From Octopus bimaculoides (taxonomy: Eukaryota): a DNA stretch of 64,000 nt. Positions 61,551-64,000 of this stretch are shown in pieces (positions within the stretch are counted from its first letter, which is position 1; each line of letters starts with the position of its first letter). Both the position numbers and the translations under genes were made by a program. Where the stretch lies: assembly GCF_001194135.2 (NCBI RefSeq), contig NC_068989.1, forward strand, positions 38,363,298-38,427,297, written 5' to 3'. The notes beneath the pieces are model-generated. The model saw only the letters and a list, made by a program, of their open reading frames with translations, had not been told where the DNA came from and searched no databases.

Positions 61551-62449
61551 TGCACAAAAACAACAAATATAAAAGGGGAAAAGCTCTTAACTCCCTACAC
61601 TCATCCTATTAAGAACAAGATAATTGAAGATAGCAAAACCTAACATGCTTAATTGTTGTTACATACAACAATCAGCACCAAATTTGTTTGGAATGGGGGA
61701 TTTGTTAAAAAAAGTTCAAAATTCTGTGAAAATACTAAAATGACAAATGAAGAATTTATGGCTATTTGAAGAGATGACTGTATATGCCAGTAAAATAGGA
61801 TCAAATAAGTCCTCAACAGTGTCAATACAAGATCAGAATTTGTTTCCTTTTCCTTTGCTTTTTTTTATTTTTTTATCTCATCTCCTCATTGGAAGATTTT
61901 TTAAATATTTTTGCTATACTTACTGTTAAGATTTAACATCTGTTGTTATAGCAGTCTCTCCTTTGAAGGGTCACTGATCTAGATCTTGTTAGCAGAGTTT
62001 TGCTGTATCTGTAGAGAAGTCAATATCACACTTCACACAGGGGAGGACAAGTAAATTTTAGAGTGTTATTATTTACTGCTATAAGCAATGTGGCTGTGAT
62101 GGTAGTTGACAAGAATTTTATTTTCTTGTCTGAGCTGATGTCTTTCTGGTGACTAAAACTTGAAAAGACTTTAATGTTATAGAAAGATTATATAGATTTT
62201 GATGTTATTAAAACAAGGTTCAAAACCTGATTGACGATTAGAAAATTATCAATATGCAAGAATATGATTTACTGGGTTTTTCCCTGAGCGTATTTAAGCA
62301 TAAAAAGTATCTTTGATATATTTAATGTAAGAATATCTACAGTTTAAATTTTAAATAATAAGCTTGATTTGTGTAAATAGAAACAGATATAAATAGATTT
62401 TGTTATTCTCTTTGGGTGTGTTTAAAGTGATATTTAAATTTTCATATTC

Positions 62450-63130
62450 TCATTTCTCATTCATTCTTCTAAGCTTGCATGGGCTGAATAGGTCTTTTCT
62501 TGCACAGCTGCTTGCCACTTGTTGTGGACACTTGTATGGATCTTCTCTATTATGGTTTCCTCACACTTGTTGAGATCTCTTGTTATTTCTTCACGAGGTT
62601 CAGTCATTGCTAATTCTTCTATGTCTTCTTCCTTCTAAAAAGTCTGTCCACTTTGATCACGTCACTTCTTTATCAAACTGCCATCTTACCTAATTGAACC
62701 TAGTATGGGCAACGCTATTTACTCTCTTGCACACTACAGTTCACACTTCTTTTACCTAGATTTTCTCTCAACACTGTTTCCTAAGCACACTAACATACAT
62801 CCAGCGGTGCATACTTGCCTCATTTCTTCCCGACTTCTACACATTCTCCATTTTTGATGTCCTGCTTTGCTACAAAGCAACAATCACACTTTGTAATCAT
62901 TATTCATAATACAATCTGCCTTTCACTTATAGAGGTAATCTCTTTGTTGCCATTAAAGGCTAATATCTCCGAGAATTTTCCCTCACTCCATTCTTATTCT
63001 CTTTACTCTGTTTTCAAAGCTCCTCACCTCCACTGCTGATTAAGTCAGGTAACAAATGCTGTTAACTACTTCTAGGGAGCCTTCCAAGCACTTGAAAGAA
63101 TTTATTCTATGGATGCTCTTGTTGCTAACT
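62450..63130 (-). mobile_element. Decayed RTE LINE 3' region
   Basis: Reverse complement aligns by eye with 49545-49740 (TCAGCAGTGGAGGTG; GTGAAAGGCAGATTGTAT) and ends CAGCCCATGCAAGC. Confidence 0.75.
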
Positions 63131-63802
63131 ACAACTGTGATCTGCTACATATAAATTATTCAAATATTAATTCTGCAACAACTTCCAAATATTATAATTG
63201 CTGTCTTACAATAACATTGTTCAAATGTAAAGAATCCTCAGAGCTTGTCAAAGCTTTCAGTTTTGTTGTTTTCTTCTCTTGAGAGCACAGTATATAAAGT
63301 ATCAAGAATTATTAATAATAGGCATAATAGTGTTAAATGATGGCAAATACCAGGAAAATATAAGAGGGAACCAGCTACATTAAACTGTTGTGCAGTAAGG
63401 TCAACAGAATAGTGAAAGAACTGATGATATTCTATATAGATATTATGGAACATGATCTTACAAAATGATGTAAGGGTGTTTGACCTTTAATTATTATTAA
63501 GTGAACTAGTATTTATAATAAACTAGGGAAAACTCTTTAGCATATGAAAGGGCACCCATTTAAGTATATATATATACATACACAGGTCCATGAATTTGTG
63601 AATAAATTCAACAATTTTTTTTTTCTGTATTTATGTGATTTATGTATTAACACAGCTATGCAAAATATATAAATTAAATTTTTTTGATGCAAAGTATCAC
63701 TAGTTTCATTGGATTCTGGATTTTACTGCCTACTGTTCCATATGCAACAGTATACTAATGTATTCTATATGTGACAGTTTTTACTTTTCTTGCTTATGAT
63801 AG

Positions 63803-63904
63803 CACATCAAAAGTGATGACAGCATCAATTCAAGACATTCATCTTCCTCTACCTCCAGCACAGTCTCTCATGGAAGTGGACATGGCTGACAATACTGATA
63901 CAAG
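63803..63904 (+). CDS. Candidate 102-nt internal exon of an unidentified gene
   Basis: Pyrimidine-rich acceptor TTACTTTTCTTGCTTATGATAG, donor AG|GTAGAC, length a multiple of 3, one frame open end to end (TSKVMTASIQDIHLPLPPAQSLMEVDMADNTDT). No homology recognised. Confidence 0.3.
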
Positions 63905-63943
63905 GTAGACAGATCTTGTGGCACTTACACTAATGCATAGTAC

Positions 63944-64000
<57 letters not shown>

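Overview
AT-rich, CpG-depleted eukaryotic DNA full of (CA)n/(TA)n/(TATC)n microsatellites and tRNA-derived SINEs. The repeat families look like those I recognise from Octopus genomes, so the taxon is an inference. The window reads as intronic or intergenic: I cannot identify any host gene, and nearly all ORFs in the track are microsatellite or repeat artefacts. Recognisable elements: two Tc1-family transposase relics (about 8.2-9.1 kb and 42.2-43.5 kb), a 5'-truncated Penelope-like element (PLE) with an open GIY-YIG endonuclease frame (12.8-14.2 kb), a 2.1-kb RTE LINE 3' half (48.3-50.4 kb) plus other RTE scraps, an open L1/Tx1-type RT fragment (51.6-52.5 kb), decayed CR1/Jockey-like pieces, a Helitron-like non-autonomous repeat and more than 25 SINE copies. 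There are two assembly gaps. The most notable signal is non-coding: a near-canonical type I hammerhead ribozyme with a palindromic helix III (27717-27773, +) inside an ORF-less, hairpin-rich element. Two further, sequence-unrelated, decayed hammerhead motifs (11705-11740 and 14339-14375, both -) flank the PLE. Together these suggest a PLE-driven retrozyme-like system that targets microsatellites. All alignments and folds were done by eye; no searches were run.
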